Below are positions 33,337-47,949 of a stretch of 64,000 bases of DNA, piece after piece. A program made the translations under genes and the position numbers. The notes under the pieces were generated by a model. The model worked only from the letters and a program-made list of their open reading frames with translations, was not told where the DNA came from and ran no database searches. Positions within the stretch are counted from its first letter, which is position 1. Each line of letters starts with the position of its first letter. The stretch lies in assembly GCA_001662655.1 (NCBI GenBank), contig KV460253.1; one strand, written 5' to 3'. The stretch comes from Pseudogymnoascus verrucosus (taxonomy: Eukaryota).

Positions 33337-36300
33337 GCTCCGCTTCTCTTCGTCCCCGTTGCGCGGCCGAGGGTTAGGGGCGCGGGGTCGTAGGCATCGG
33401 GGGGTGGTGAGTGAGGGCGGCTTTGGTGGTCGGGAGAGCTGGAGCGCGGGAACTCGGTATGGAGTTGAGCTGGTTGGGTGGTGGTGGTGGTGGTGGTGGT
33501 GCAGCTCCGAAGTCGCGGCGGTATTGGTTGGCTCGGTTTGGTCGGGGAAGGCGGTCCAGCGTCCTACTCGCTCGTAGCTATCTGTTCTGTACTCTCTTCA
33601 CTCTACTCTTCGATATCGCGGTCCGGGAAGAAACAACAACGGCACAACTTCAACACAACACAACGTCAACACACAAACGTTAACAGCGGCGGTAGTACAC
33701 GTAGTTTGAGGAAGCTTCGATCCATAAGAGATTCGAGCGGAGGAGCGAGCGAGTGGAGATAGATAGCGTAATATCTAGCTCCTTGGGGGGGTGTGAGTGT
33801 GAGTACGGTACTTTCGCTTTTCGTTTCCGGTTCAAAGTACGGGCGTAGCAGGGGTTTGGGGGATGGGAAAGGGCATGGGAAGGGAAGGGATTGAGTACAT
33901 CAATGATCAATTGTCTACAGCTGCAAGGATGCGTGCGGATTGTTCGCTTGTGGGCTGGATGTGGGTTGTTGTGGGCTGCCTGAGAATAATTTGCAGGGGT
34001 TGGCATTTTAGTAGAGTACTAGGAGCTACTAGGAGTTACTAGGAGTACCCTCGACGAAGGGATGGGATGTGGGCGTTATCTGGAACGAAGTGGATGCGAA
34101 TAGATGGCCTTTCGCCGTCTGACAATGACAAAGTACTGACCAAGTATTTATGGGATTATATGTAGTTGGGATAGTAGGGAATTAGAGGTTTAGGGGATTA
34201 GAAAACTATCAGGGCATTAGGGGGTTAGGGACCCCGAGCGAGGGATTCAGGAGGGAGGGAGACGTACGTACGTGGAAAGTGAGGAAGTGAGGACGGAAGG
34301 ACTAGCGTATTGGGGGAGCAAGGGACGGGCTGCTCGACAGTAGAACAGACGTTATGTAAGAGTATATGCCATTCACTCTATACTGCCTATTTCGTGTGGT
34401 GTCAGTTCACCCGTGGCCGTGGTAAAGTACTCCCCTAGCACAGTCCAGCAGTATAAACCGAACCCCAAGTCGCTTGTCTCTCCGTCCGGGTCGCTGCAGA
34501 ATCCGTGCAGTGAGAAGCGTGTATTGTAGCGCACTTTTCTCATCTCTTGATCCCCTATATTCGCTGAGCCTTGTTGGTTAAGATTACGTGGGACGAAATG
34601 GCACCGCGGGCAGAGGGAGCGGGAGGGCAGGAGCATTATGCGGTTGATGCAGGCCCGTTGCGCATAAGACACATGTGAGAATATACATCTGTGAGACAGG
34701 CGTTGCGAGTGGGGAGGATGGGGGGATGGGGGGGATAGAGAGAGTGGAAGTGAAAAGACAGCGGGTAGGATGGGATGGGGCAAGGAGAGTGGCACCATTA
34801 GCAACTAGCAACTAGGGAGGGAAGCTTCGACTGTGCTGTGCATCACCGATGGTACTATAACCATACCAGACTATACTACTGTATGATATACCAATCTATA
34901 CTGCTACTGTATACTATGCTCTATACTACCCAGTTCGGTATACGTGGACTCCATCCCCCAAGAGACGCCGAGGCATGGTTAGTAAAGTAATCAAACAAAA
35001 TCCAGACCCACGAGTCAGTTAGTCTAAGAATGTCGCAATCCCCCCAAACCAGAGCCATCCTTTCCCTACTCGTACATAACTTTACAGTAATGGTACTGTA
35101 CAAATACTATACATACGTACATACTTGCGCACTCATCCCTCATCCCTCTCATCCCTCCAGCACGACGCGCATTCACAGTCGCCCATCGCTCCTCCCTCAG
35201 CGCCGATCTCACCAACGCCCCCGCGCGCCATGTCTCACTCCACCCTCCACTTCACCACAATATCGATATCTCGTCGTTGGAGAAAACCCATCCCCTCATA
35301 TCCAGCTGAGCCAGTCCCATACATACCATGCCATTCTCTACTGTACGCTGCAAATGTCCCCCATCCACACTACAAACACCACAAAAACCCTCCAAGCCGC
35401 CCAGCCCCACCACCCAATCTCACAAACACTTCTCTCCGACCAGTCCAACCCGCTGTCCCGCCCAGACCCACTAAATCCCCTTCCTCCCCTTCCCTCCCTT
35501 CCCCAATCGCACTTCTATCAAATATCCATAGCTTTCGTCTCCACCGCGCCCCGTCCCTCCAGCCGCGAATAGTGTCGGATATTCCCCGGTGCGGACTGGA
35601 CCGCAACACAGACTATCAATCGTCATCATCATCATCAGCACCAGCGGCCAGGCCGTCGCCAAACGGGGTAATCATCGTCCTAGAATGGATGATGGCTTGA
35701 GAAAGGGCCTTGTTTTTGGGGGCTGGGCGCCCAGACTGCGCCCAGAGCGTGGGCCATCGAGTCGCTGGAACGGGCGAAGTGCATGGGATAATCCAGGCGG
35801 GTACTTTGTTGGGGAGAGGGGGAGGGGCATTGGATGGACGACTGGGATGGGTGAGGTTTGGTTTGGAGAGCAAGGACGGCAGAGTAGTGTACAAAGAGCG
35901 GGTGGTGGGTGGAGCCATGGCACTCTCCGTACTCTCCTTCAAGATAAAAATCCAGCCTATCTTCCCCCTCACTAACCACGCAAACGCCATCAACGCCTCA
36001 TAAACCCCAACTAGCAATTCACGTACCCTCCCCCCCCCTTCCCATAACTCCCGTATCTCCCACCCCCGGTCCATCACCTCGCCGCCCGCCCTCACAGCAC
36101 TGTCACATCGCCCAGCCACGAAACGCATCCACGCCACCACTTGCCGATCGTTAATCGGCTGGACCAGACCAGCCGAGAGCGCTCGCCGGATGCGCGATGC
36201 AGGAATGAGAAAAGGGAGTTATGCTTAGTGTCGGCATTGATGTGTGAGCTGGTGATAAGAGGGATGAGGGCGAGACGGCCAGACAGGCAGACATGCGGCT

Positions 36301-38855
36301 TGACTCCCATCCATGACAGTATTCTATGCGCGCGGAGAGGTTGCATGTGCAGGCAGGAATGAGGAGATCGCAAAGCCCGGATCAAACACCGTGCCTCCCA
36401 TGCTCTCTGTGCGCACAATACGTACAGTGCATACATACACATAGAGCACCCTCAACACCAACAACCAGGAGCAGGGCGCGATATTACCCAGCATCGCGCA
36501 CGCTCCTATATGCGCCACGATGGCATAAAGATAAGGGCCGATCGGGGAGTCCAGCATGCGTTCCGGTGTGCTCCATAATGCGGGCACTATAGATATGCAG
36601 GAATGCTTGGTTGTTTGGAGACCAGCCAGGACCAAATGCAAGGGCCGGGCAGAGGAGCTGGGGGCGCAGGTTTTTGAAGATACCCGGTCGGCGGTCGATG
36701 GAGGGAGCTGACAAGAAGTGCTGTAAGGTACGAGGAAGGGAGCGGAGGAGTCTCCTTGATTGTTGGTCATCCACCGCCATTTGAGTGCGGGGATGGGGAG
36801 GAGGGATTAGGGTGGTATTAGGTGAGATCGGTCGGGTCGGATATATGAAAACAAGTATCAAAAGCTACAACCAACTTTCTAAAAAAGTACCGTAGTATCC
36901 CTCGAAATATACCCCAATTGGATCATCCACCCTATCTCAGCACACAGCCCGTCATGCTCGCGCTCACTCTCCTCATCCATCCACTACGGCCATCGACAAA
37001 CACCCAGGCTGCGCGGGGAATCATATCGTAAGAAGAATCAAATCCAAACCGAACCAACCAGCAGCAGCCCAACCAACTGACTGACCAACAAAAAAACGCC
37101 CCCCTTCCCTCCCCCCAGCTGCATCTTCACATCCGCACAGACCTCTCCACGCCCTTCGCGTCCCGTCCCCCCTATTCGCCAAGACACGTCCCAAGCAGCT
37201 CCCACGGTCGTCGAACGTGGAGCGGGGCGGGGCGGAGGGGAGAGCGAGAGGAAACAGGCTCGGCGCTGATAGTTGTACACGGTTGGTCAGGGAGCTAAAT
37301 GTACCAGCCGGCCGTGGAACCTCACCGCAGATTACCGCCTCGATACAAAATATTATCGCATCTATAAATACTCCTTTCGCGGCCAGCCAACGCTGAATAT
37401 ACCACGCCGATGAGCGGGGCCGGCCATCTCATTCCACCGCCCACACCGTGGAGTAAGTTAGCTTCCGAATATCACCGTTGTAAGCGGGCCCCTATCAGCC
37501 CGTCCCCGTCCTAGGCCGTCTACGAAAGAGTGAGGGAAAGAACACCAACCCATGCAACCCACGCATACCTCTCCCCCACCGTACCCCCATCCACGTGGTT
37601 GGCCGCCTCTTCGGATCCTACGCCGCCTCTTTCGCCCTTCCCCGCACGCCGCGCCGCCTAGCGAGGGTCTTAGGGGGCGATCGAGACCGCGCCGTGGCGT
37701 CTGCGGACGCCGTGGCGTTGTTGGATTGTGTACATTGTAAGACCTCGCGTGTGCGTTGTAAGCGAAGTATTGGTTGACATGTTATATTGATGTTGGTATT
37801 TCAGCTCATGTCGGTTTCTGCAGGTGGGTATGCGCTTTGGATCCTGGGTGCTGGGCTTTCTTGGAAGGGGGTGTAAAGGAGGTATTATGGGGGCCTCGAA
37901 ACGGCCGATGGTGTGTGTGTGGGATGTGAGGAAAATCAATCCTGCAGGGTGACAGGGCAGAACACCAACGAGACCTCCGAGATCTTCCTCTTCCCTCCCA
38001 TAGCTGCATGTTTGGTTGTTGGCCCATTGCGCAGATGTGCGCACGGTTTGTTGGCCCCCTGGGTGCTGTATAACTCTCACTCGCTCGCTCCGCAAGATTA
38101 TTCCTCCGCCACCCAGTACTCCCAAGGCCCAACATCCCTTATCTCCCTACCCCAGTCCCCAATGTCGTGATCCCATCCCATCTCACCTCACGTTCCCCCC
38201 GGTGCCTTCCGATTTGTGGAAACGGCCACCAGTAAGCAGGGGAAACGGTCATCATGGCTCCTCCCCACCCATCACGCCCATCAAACAGAGACACGGTACT
38301 GCACTCTACTTGAAATACAACACAAATCGGCCACGATAACCGTACCGGTCGTACCCGTATCACCAGGGAAGTGTAGCACGGCAGCCCTGTGGTATGGGCC
38401 GGGGCCCTGTCCGGCATGCAGACGGGCACTCCCGTGGGCGGGAAGGGGGTGTTGGTTGAGCCTCCGTGGGAGAGCGTGGGAAGGTTCGGTTGGGCGGCGA
38501 TGGAGTGGTTGGGTTTGGTGACCTGTGAAGACTTGTGAGCGGTTGATTAGTCGCCGCGCGCTTGTGAGAGGTAGCTTCTGTTTCCGGTTTCTGAGTGTTG
38601 TGGTATTGAAATCGGATACAGTGTGCAGTATTGCTGCGAGAAGGTTGGGAATCTAGATTTATTGCAGAGGCAGACAGTCATGTTTGTTTGTTTGCCGGAT
38701 ATATTATCATCTTTATGATGGCAGAGGGTTATAAAGTTAAGTACATTATATTATCATATAAGTATAGCATATGCCCTCATGTTTTGGTTTACACAAACCC
38801 ATAGGAGAAGATAATGACGTCGTTATATAATTAATATCAAGATCTTAAAAAAATC

Positions 38856-40783
38856 CTACGAACTCCCCATTCTCGTAGCCACAAAGTCAACCAAATCAAA
38901 GAAACTCTTCTTAAACCTGCGTTCCTGACTCGTCCTATTCACATACTGAAGACCAAACTGTTGCGTATAATCTCCAAACTCCCAGTTGTCAGCGAAACTC
39001 CACGCAAGCGCGCCCATGACATTGACACCATCCTCATGTATGCTCTTCAAGATCTCACTCATGAAACTGAGGTAGTACTGGCTCCTTGGAGAATCGAAGA
39101 GTTGGTCCTCCACAGCAGCACTCTCAGATTCCGCGAAGACGGGGAAGCCGAATTCGGAAACAAGGACGGGTTTCTTAAAGGTATTGTAGAGGTAGGATAG
39201 GTATGTGCGAAGGTACGTCGGCGTAATGTAGACGTATGATTGTGAGCGGTACCCGATGTTCCAACCAAAGACGTTTTGCGTTTCTTGCGTCACGCAGTAG
39301 GGGAAGTTGGGAGAGCTGGAGTTTTTGGCACAGGCTTCCACGCCCTCCGGTGGCTGGCTGACAACAGTTGCAGTGTAAGGATCAATACCGAGAAAATCGC
39401 TGGTGTTTCCAACGTACGCCAGATCTTCGGGGGTGAGAGGGACATAATCTGGAATGGTGATTTTGAATGCTTCGGGGTAGTCGATACCAAGGAAGATTGG
39501 ATTACAGAACGTTGCAAGCTGGAAATCGTTGAAGTGATTTGTGGCATCTAAATCGGATTGGTTCTTAGGGTCTTTAGGGACGCCGAAGTTGTCGTTGAAT
39601 TTGATGCCGAGCTTTCCGGTGCCCTGGACGTCTTCGTGATAGAAGTGATAGAGCTGTGCGTGGGCTTTAATGACGTTGTTTACTGATTTTCCATTATCGC
39701 AGTAGAGAAGCGGTTCGTTGAATCTATTGTCTTTGTTAGGCAGCATCAGAGGATATTGTGTGGAGGGGAGACTTACGTAAACCAGATTGGGACTCGGTCT
39801 GCATAATTTGTCAAGAGTATTTTGCCATAATTAACAAAGGCATCGGTGAATGTCTCGTTTTGATATCCCCCATTTACATATCCAATCAACGCATCATCCG
39901 CGGCCTGGCTATTATTACCCCCAAAGAATTGGAGAGGGGTGTCAAAATGGAACATTGTGACTGTTGGAATCATCCCTTTTTCAAGGATAAAATCGATTAG
40001 ATCACTGTAATGATCCAATCCTTGTTGATTGACGGGAGTTCCAGGAAGAGCGAATGGAAGAATTCGAGTCCACGCAATGGAAAAGCTGTAGTACTTCACA
40101 CCCATGGAAGCAAGCCTCTCGATATCTTGCTTGTAGAGATAATAGTTCTCATTTGTAACGTAGTCCTTTGATTTCCCTTGTGCTCCTGGGAGGATCTCCA
40201 TCAGACTTGGGGACTTGCCTTCCATCGCAACGGCACCTTCGATTTGCGATGCTGAGCCTGCCACTCCGAAGATAAAATCTTCTGGGAAAGTATAGCAGTC
40301 TGTTGGGCCAAAATAATCGGCTGGGGGAAGAATTAATTCGCTGGTTGGTAGGGCTGTCGGACTGACGGTTGTGGTGTAAAGTGGAACCTCGGTGAAGTTA
40401 GACACATTGGCTGCATGCCACATAGCAGTCCATGCTGCGTTTCCGTATGGGTTCGCAGAGTCGGTTGCCTGAGCCGTTGCATTCGGATCCCAGTTGCCCC
40501 ATGTTGTTGTAGAAATATCAGGAACAAGGGTGCTTAAGTCTGAGAAGTGGGGGGCATAGGAGGCAGTCGTTGAAGGGACGGGCCTTGATGTTGCCGTCCG
40601 ATAGGTTTCAGTTTGAGTAAAGGAGAATTGAGTGAAATGGTATGTAGGAGTGGTAGTGTAATTGCAAGATTCGCAATTTGGTCGATGTGAGGGACCATCT
40701 GCAGATATGTACACCTGTTGACCTAACGTGCTCGAGGCACTAAAGGCTAGAAGAACACCGAGCTTCTGCCCTATGGATATCAT
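38856..40783 (-). CDS. Secreted glycoside hydrolase family 1 (beta-glucosidase-like) with Thr-rich N-terminal extension
   Basis: Signal peptide. Motifs FGVAGSASQIEG, YSFSIAWTRI, HFDTP, FNEP (acid/base), VSEFG (nucleophile) and DNWEF. One intron near 39.75 kb. Confidence 0.93.
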
Positions 40784-41620
40784 GTTGAGGATATGAGAAA
40801 ACAAGGGAAATAAAAGATGAGGCCATTATTGCAAGAAGAAAATTGCCTAGCCTTTTTATACTCGTGGAGAGCATGCCTCATGACAACGGCACTCTAGGCT
40901 GAACGCATTGCCGTCTCATATTCTCCCATCTGCCAGCCCTTTCAAGCTGTTTGGAAGGCCCGATTATGCGGAGCAGGAAGCAAGAATGGGGAACCCCGAA
41001 TTCTGTAAAAAGGTGCGGTAAATGCAGATCTTCGTCATCGAACTAGTTCGAGTAGCCAAAGAAGGTTACATTCCGTGATTATCATAAAAAAAATCGCTTT
41101 TACCCCGCAAACCAGAAGACTGAGCCTGCGGGGTACGGAGCCCCATTCGATATTTATTGATGTGGGATAAATGTGACGATGGCGGGGCCGAGGTAACCCC
41201 GTATAAAGACGATATTCCCGGACGATCACTTTAAGCTTCTGGCATCCAGAAACTGAGCATAAAGAAACTACTCCATGACGCTTAAAGAGTTGTATCGCAT
41301 TTCGAACTATCTCGAGGCATAAATGTGCGTGTGCGACGATTAAGTCGGGGTGCGGGAGTGTTCTAAGGTAGGCAGGTGAGCCCCGTAAAACTGCGGCGAA
41401 AGATGCCCTTGTCACGAGCCTCTTAGACTTATATCAATGGGGAAAGGAATATTTGCAGAAGTTATAAAATGTCAGTTTGCATGGTATGCCATGCAAAATT
41501 AGGCGATGCAGATAATGAAGACTAAATTAGTTTATTTATCATATTAGATTTTATATGTGAGTACTAGTCGGGGATTCTCGAGTAGTACTTACAACTGTAA
41601 GAGGACAATGCTGCAGCCAT

Positions 41621-43368
41621 CTAGTAAACATATCTGAAATTGGGATTCTCCTTGTCAGTTAAATTCTCCCAGAGAATCTTCTCATTTCCCGCGGACAAAG
41701 AAAGACCCTCTTCAACGGCTTGACGCTTGTCCTTCTGCTTGTTAGCCCAGACGTAGTATCCGAACAAAACAATAGCAACGACAGCTCCGCCAGCTTGTGT
41801 AGCCATAACAGCAATCTTAGCTGGGTAATAGCGAGGAGCATCTCTAGCCTGGAAAGTTTGCGGGCCGATAATGTTGCCAATGGAGAAACTTCCCGCGATA
41901 AGAGCAGCTGCAACGCTTCTCTTCGTATGCCCACTAACGTTTGCCATAGTCCACTGGTAGATGACTGTTAATGTACCCGTGATGGCGTTGACAAGGTAGA
42001 TGCCCGCGAGAAGCCCCGCACGATTACTAGCTGGCATAAAGGACATCAGACCGCCACCAATCATGCCTGGAATACAGCAGAGGACTAGCCATGCCCAGCG
42101 GCTTTCAGATTTGCGGACACCGAATCCAACTATCAAAGCTGCTGCGATGGAAACGAGACCGCTTGGCATGTTCAAGAGAGCTGTGCGCTTGGGGGTGAAA
42201 CCAAAGCTTTGGATGAGTGTTGCAGAATAAGTTGTGATGACGCCACTTGAAACGGAGATCTATAAGGCGCGTGAGCTGAATTTGCACATAAACACGGATG
42301 TTGGTGTACTTACGCAGATGGTGCAAATAGTGAGTAGCCAAAGTTGGGGATCTGCCAAAACTTCTAAAGCTTGTCTCATCTTGAAATTCTTGTTTTGAAT
42401 TCCAGTTTGGTTGATACTAACATGCTTGAGAAGAGCAGCCTTCTCCGGCTCACTGAGCCATTTCGCTTTCATCGGCGAGTCTGGTAGGATGAAGAATGTA
42501 GCTATTCCAACCAAGGAAGTGGCAATACCAACGAAGACAAACATTGCTTGCCATGACTTAAAATGCTTGTTCGTGACATGCTGGAACGCGAAGGATATAA
42601 GGCCTCCAATGATCTGCCCGAATCCAAGACCAGAATACCAGATAGCAAATCTAGGGGCTTGCTCGGACTTGGTATAGTACTGACTGCTTATCAGCATTAG
42701 GCACGGGGCGATAGCAGCCTCAAACATTCCGAGGAAGATACGGGCGGCGAGAAGAGAGTGATAGTTGGTTGCTCCTGCGGACGCTGCACAACTGATCCCC
42801 CAGAGACACACGTTAATGCCCAGCCATTTTCCAGGAGGAAATTTCTGGAGGATATATCCTGCAACATATGTGTAAGAACTTTATTTGCTGCATTTGAGGG
42901 GGCAGACTCACCGGTAGGGACCTCTGCGATGAGGTAGGCGATGAAGAACGCGGATCCGACGTTGGTGAAATTGTTCTTGGTCAAGGCTAAATCCTTGTTG
43001 ATTCCCATAACGGCGGCATACTATGAAGCGACATTGTTAGAAACATAACAGAGAGGGTAAGAGAAGGGTTGGGAGTTTCAACTTACATTTATGACGACTT
43101 TATCGACGAATTGCAAGACATAGCAAACGAACATAATTGGCACGATGCGCCAATCGATCTTTCGTCGCAAGGCAACTAGATCGATGCTTGTGGACTCAGC
43201 ATTGGCATGGTCGTGTAGATACTTGAAGGCATCGTCTAAATCATCTTCGTGCTCTGCGCGGACAGTGGGGGATGCCGGTGAGGTCGTATCTGTCTCGGAA
43301 CCAGCCATGGCCTTTTCGTTTCCGGCTTTCATTTTCTCATTACCAGCAGCATCAGAGGCGTTGGTCAT
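41621..43368 (-). CDS. MFS transporter, allantoate permease (Dal5)/anion:cation symporter family
   Basis: Motifs RRKIDWRIVP, ARIFLGMFEA, YYTKSEQAPR, LPDSPMKAKWL, NVSGHTKR, GNIIGPQTF and LTDKENPNFRY. Three introns. Confidence 0.93.
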
Positions 43369-44246
43369 TGTGTAAGGGGTGCAGAATCGTGCCCCGTATA
43401 GCTCGACAGAAGAGTTGGCGATCAGCAACGAAGAAGAAGAGCTGGAGACCAACGACAAAGAGAACAACAAAATAGTCTCCTAGACAGATAAATAAAATAC
43501 CGACCCCGTCAGGTATAGCCAGCTAACACCACTGTCTTAACTACTACCCCTCCCCTAGTATGAATGTAACGATCCACTGTTTTTACTGTCTCACCGCACC
43601 TAAATTAGGCGGAACGGCATTTAGTTTTGGTGAGCTATCTTGCCAAGATCTGCCAATACTACAGCAGATCGTTACGACTATACTGGGGGGTAATAATGCG
43701 GTAGTTAATCTCAAGACCACTGAGGTATAGTTTCGTGTGCGGGTCTGCGAGATCGAGCCAAAATGGGCGGAGATATAGCTTATGTACATCGCGGCACCTA
43801 ATCGTCCCGCCTCGTTCCAGAAGCTTTTATAAACCTCATGAGTTGCATGGTCGAATACGCAAAATGGTCAATCAGTGTCTCGGGAGACCTCATGGATCCT
43901 CAATTCAATGTTAGTAGTATTCTGCAGCACTACAGGGCCAATTTCCCCTTAATTTTAACCCCCTTCCCAGTTGGGACACACGAAATCCCAGTTCAGATCC
44001 TACGCAGCTCCTTGGCCTGAGCACGCCAAAACAATTGTACCGGATATAGTGTCCTCTGCTTTTTATGGGGCTTATGGCCGGGCGATCGCTGTTGTCATTC
44101 GGTAGATTAGAACCCCTGTTGACACCTGTTTTCGGCATCTTGCACAGAAACCTTAGGGTCGGAAACATATTCAAGCGTCATTCAAAGAGACAGTTCTATA
44201 TACATTACGGCAGAATTAACTCTGAAATGTTTGCAGCTACATTAAA

Positions 44247-45698
44247 ATGCAGCATTCTCCCGAAGGCCAGCTGCCTCGGTCCTTAAATGAACGTCCATCA
44301 GCTCCTGCCGCAGGTGCAGACTCACATATCCTCATTATTGGAGCCGGTGTCACGGGACTGCTACTGGCCCAAGCAATCCGCAAAAGAAACCAGAACAACC
44401 CTCCAATCACCTTCTCAATCTATGAGCGGGATGCCGACCCCCTCGCTCGTGGAGCAGGATGGGGCCTGACCCTTCACTGGGCTCTAGGACAGTTTAAGTC
44501 ACTCCTTCCGGGCTACCTAGTTGAGAGACTCCATGAAGCATGTGTTGATATAGACTCGGCCGCGCGAGGAGAACTGGGGAACTTCAAACTGTTCAATCTG
44601 CAAACTGGCCAGGATGATTTTATGACCCCGTCAGGCGATAGCCCCCGACATAGATTTGGTAGAGAGGACTTGAGGAGGTTGTTGATGGACGGCTTGGATA
44701 TTGAGGTTTGTTAAACCCATACCCGAAAATTACTGACGACTCACTGACCCCTTTTATTTTCAGTGGTCTAAAAACGTTGTCGACATCCAGGAACTTGGCT
44801 CAGATGAAGTCATAGCTAAGTTCTCTGATGGGACAAGTGCCAAGGGTAATATCTTAGTGGGATGTGACGGATCCCGGTCTCGAGTCCGTCGATTCCTATG
44901 CCCAACTAATTACACAAACAACGTGGTGCCAGTTCGCCTCCTTGGCACAACCGTGCAATATCCAGAAGAAAAGTACAAGAAGATCCAGGCCCTAGATCCA
45001 TACTTCTTCCAATGTTGCGATCCGGCATCTGATACGTTTATGTTCTACGGATTCCTCCACGTACCAACGACTAAAGAACAAGAGGCTGCAAATGGCAGCT
45101 TGCCGGCCACCTGCCAAGTTCTGACGAGCTGGCCATACAAAGCCGGGTTCCTCGGGAATCCGGCACCAAACGAGGTCCCAAAGACCAACGCGGAACGAGT
45201 GGCGTGGATAAAAAGCATTACGTCTGGTTGGGTAGAGCCATTCAGAGGTCTCGTACAGGATATTCCAGAGGACGCTGACCCCAAAGTCATCAGTCTAGAG
45301 GACTGGCCACCGCGAAAGGGTTCATGGGATAACCGTGGAGGAAGAGTTACTTTAATTGGGGATGCCGCTCACGCTATGACAATGTGTAAGTCCTTCAGAC
45401 TCCTTTGAGAACGCTTCTAACATTGACGTTTTGGAAAGATCGCGGAGAAGCAGCCAACCATGGCGTTGCAGATGTGCGAGTCTTCCTGGAGCAATTCCTC
45501 CCCGAAAATCACCAAGATCCTTCACCACTGTCACTCAAAGATAAAATCGATGCTTATGAGCTCGAGATGATTGAGCGTACGTGTCCTGCAGTTTTGCGAT
45601 CACGAAAGGCATGTATGCATGCGCACGATTATAAATCTGTCACGACCGAAAGCCCTCTCATCGCAAGAAGAGCTGTCGTTGTCGACGATGAAGAATAG
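44247..45698 (+). CDS. FAD-dependent monooxygenase (class A flavoprotein hydroxylase)
   Basis: Motifs IIGAGVTGL, IYERD, VGCDGSRSRVR and TLIGDAAHAM/YRGEAANHG. Two introns. Confidence 0.9.
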
Positions 45699-46124
45699 AT
45701 TTCAAAAGATGACAATATATAATAACGGTTTGGATATAACGAATAAAGATGTTGTGTTGAAAGCTGTAAAACCCTGCTATTTATGCTAGACTGGTTGTTC
45801 AGTAAGAGCGCATAAAATGCTACGCGGAGATTGGCGCCCATCCGGTCGAGAAATGCGAGTATACGATTCTACCATCACCATAACTTTCGAGTTCTATAAA
45901 AGGGCTTCACTGTGAAATCCGTTTTCAATGGCGCTTCAATTATGGGTTCCTGTGCCACGTCAACGATATTCCTTATTCGGTATAGCTGGATGCAATTAAT
46001 CCCTGTCTCGAATACATGGAGGGGTTAATTTGACGGCTCCATGGGATCTATCCCACATAGAACCACTTCCTCCATTTTGTATTTTTCTGGCTTTCAGATT
46101 TTGCCACCTCTTAAATCGTTGATA

Positions 46125-47889
46125 ATGACGTTATCTGTTAAGGCTGCCAGTAGGCGTCAGCAAAACGAGAGCAATAAACATGTCGATGGCCTGCATCTCA
46201 GAAGCCCTGGTCCCTACGCGACCACAATTACCTCGATGTGCTCTAGAAATCCGACATTAAGATACGGAGACGCCAAATGGATGGGATCCGACCCAGACTA
46301 TGGAGCTTTGACGGTGCTGGAATTTTATGAGAATAAGCGTATATCTCGTATTGATCTGAAAGGCTCGGAAATGCTCAAAGACTATCTTATTAGTACATCT
46401 GGAGAAAATCCCCAACGTCGATTGTTCCTGCTCGAAGGGGTAGCAAGAAACTTTGTCCAAGTATTTGGCTCTCATTTCGGCATGGACCCTGATTTCTTTG
46501 CGAGGCAGAAAAGGACGCGGTCCTGGGAAGTAGCTCACAACGGAGGAAAGACACCAAGCTTACCTTCGTTGAAGAACCCTAAAAGGTCATTCATGATTAA
46601 ATACCTCGAGTTGCGCTACTTTCCCCTCGTCCCGGATGAAACGTCTTGTCAAGAACCAAAACCTTTAATACCCCAGGTTGATTATTCCTACCTAGAGGAC
46701 GTGACTGGAAAGCGGAATATCAATGTTTCAAGAAAGAAAAGGCCGGTCGACTCCGAGAAGGACATTATCGGGGAATTTGACAATGTGGGTAAAGTTTCAC
46801 GATGCGCATCCTATTGGGGAAAATCGTATGCAAATGGTGGTTGGGATGGTATGCGCCTCATCTTCGTCTAATGATCAGCTAATGACCGAATATACAGCCA
46901 TTCTCCTGCTCGATCCTCCACTGAATGAAATTGTTAAGATTGATCGTAATGGCCACAAAATTGACAGAAAGCCACTACACCATGTCCCGTTTCAAGGTGG
47001 TTATTTAGACTTCATAGAATACCCAGAAGAAGGGACATCCACAGCAGCCAAATTTTTCAAGAAACACGGTCCGCCACGGACATCAGTTTTGGAGGATATT
47101 TGCTTCTACTGGATGAACCATGCGGATGTTGTTTCTGTCGGCTCCGACCCATCCATCAGCACGATATTTCTGAAGAAAATAATCGCAAGCCACTGGATGC
47201 ACTACGCAGAATACGTCACCAACAGTGCACATAGTTCAATTTACCACATGTCCCGCGGTGAAGCATTTGAAAAATACACTGTTGCTACAACAGAAAAATG
47301 GTGGACCGATCTCCACGATGCTCATCGCGTGTGCATGCTGGCCTGCGAAGATGTTGCGGCTATTCTGGAATCGCTTCGCATTCCCATGGACCAACCAATA
47401 CGAGAATTTGACCCCGAAAACTACTTAAATAGCTCGGGAGATTTCGTCGCAATATATGAGAAGCTGCTTTGGAGGAAAGACCATCTCGAGCTATTGATTA
47501 GTTCTGCCACTGGCTTAAATGCGATTGCAGGGAATAAAGAGGCTGCTGTAAAAAACGCAATTGATGCAGACCGCTCACATAAGGAACAAATAAAATCCTT
47601 AGGGGAGGCCAAGAAGGCTTCCATACTCACCTTTTTGGCATTGATATTTGTCCCCTTGGCTTACACAGCGAGTTTGTTTAGTATGGCCGATGACTGGCAG
47701 CCTGGACGGAGCAAGTTCCCGTACTATTGGGCTATAAGTCTCCCATTGGCTGCAATGGTGGCCGTCACGTTCTATATCATCTCGCTAGGATCTAGTAGCC
47801 CCCCTAAAAAGATTTTAGACAAGAGGCAGATCTATAATGGAAGTGACAGAATGGACGTGGAAAGGGGTCAGCCAAATCTTAGTAGTTAG
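46125..47889 (+). CDS. Fungal CorA-like domain protein with two C-terminal TM helices
   Basis: Motifs RRLFLLEG, FGSHFGMDPDFFA, ILLLDPP, helical region and LTFLALIFVPLAYTASLFSM...YYWAISLPL. Intron 46849-46897. Start uncertain. Confidence 0.78.
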
Positions 47890-47949
47890 GTTAGAGTTAA
47901 CCGTAAGTCAAATGTGCACATTTGATGATTATCTACATCACTGTGTAAT

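Noticed and set aside
34373..38521. Many 60-190-aa ORFs
   Set aside because: They are mutually overlapping Pro/Gly/Arg-biased frames, as expected from skewed non-coding DNA.
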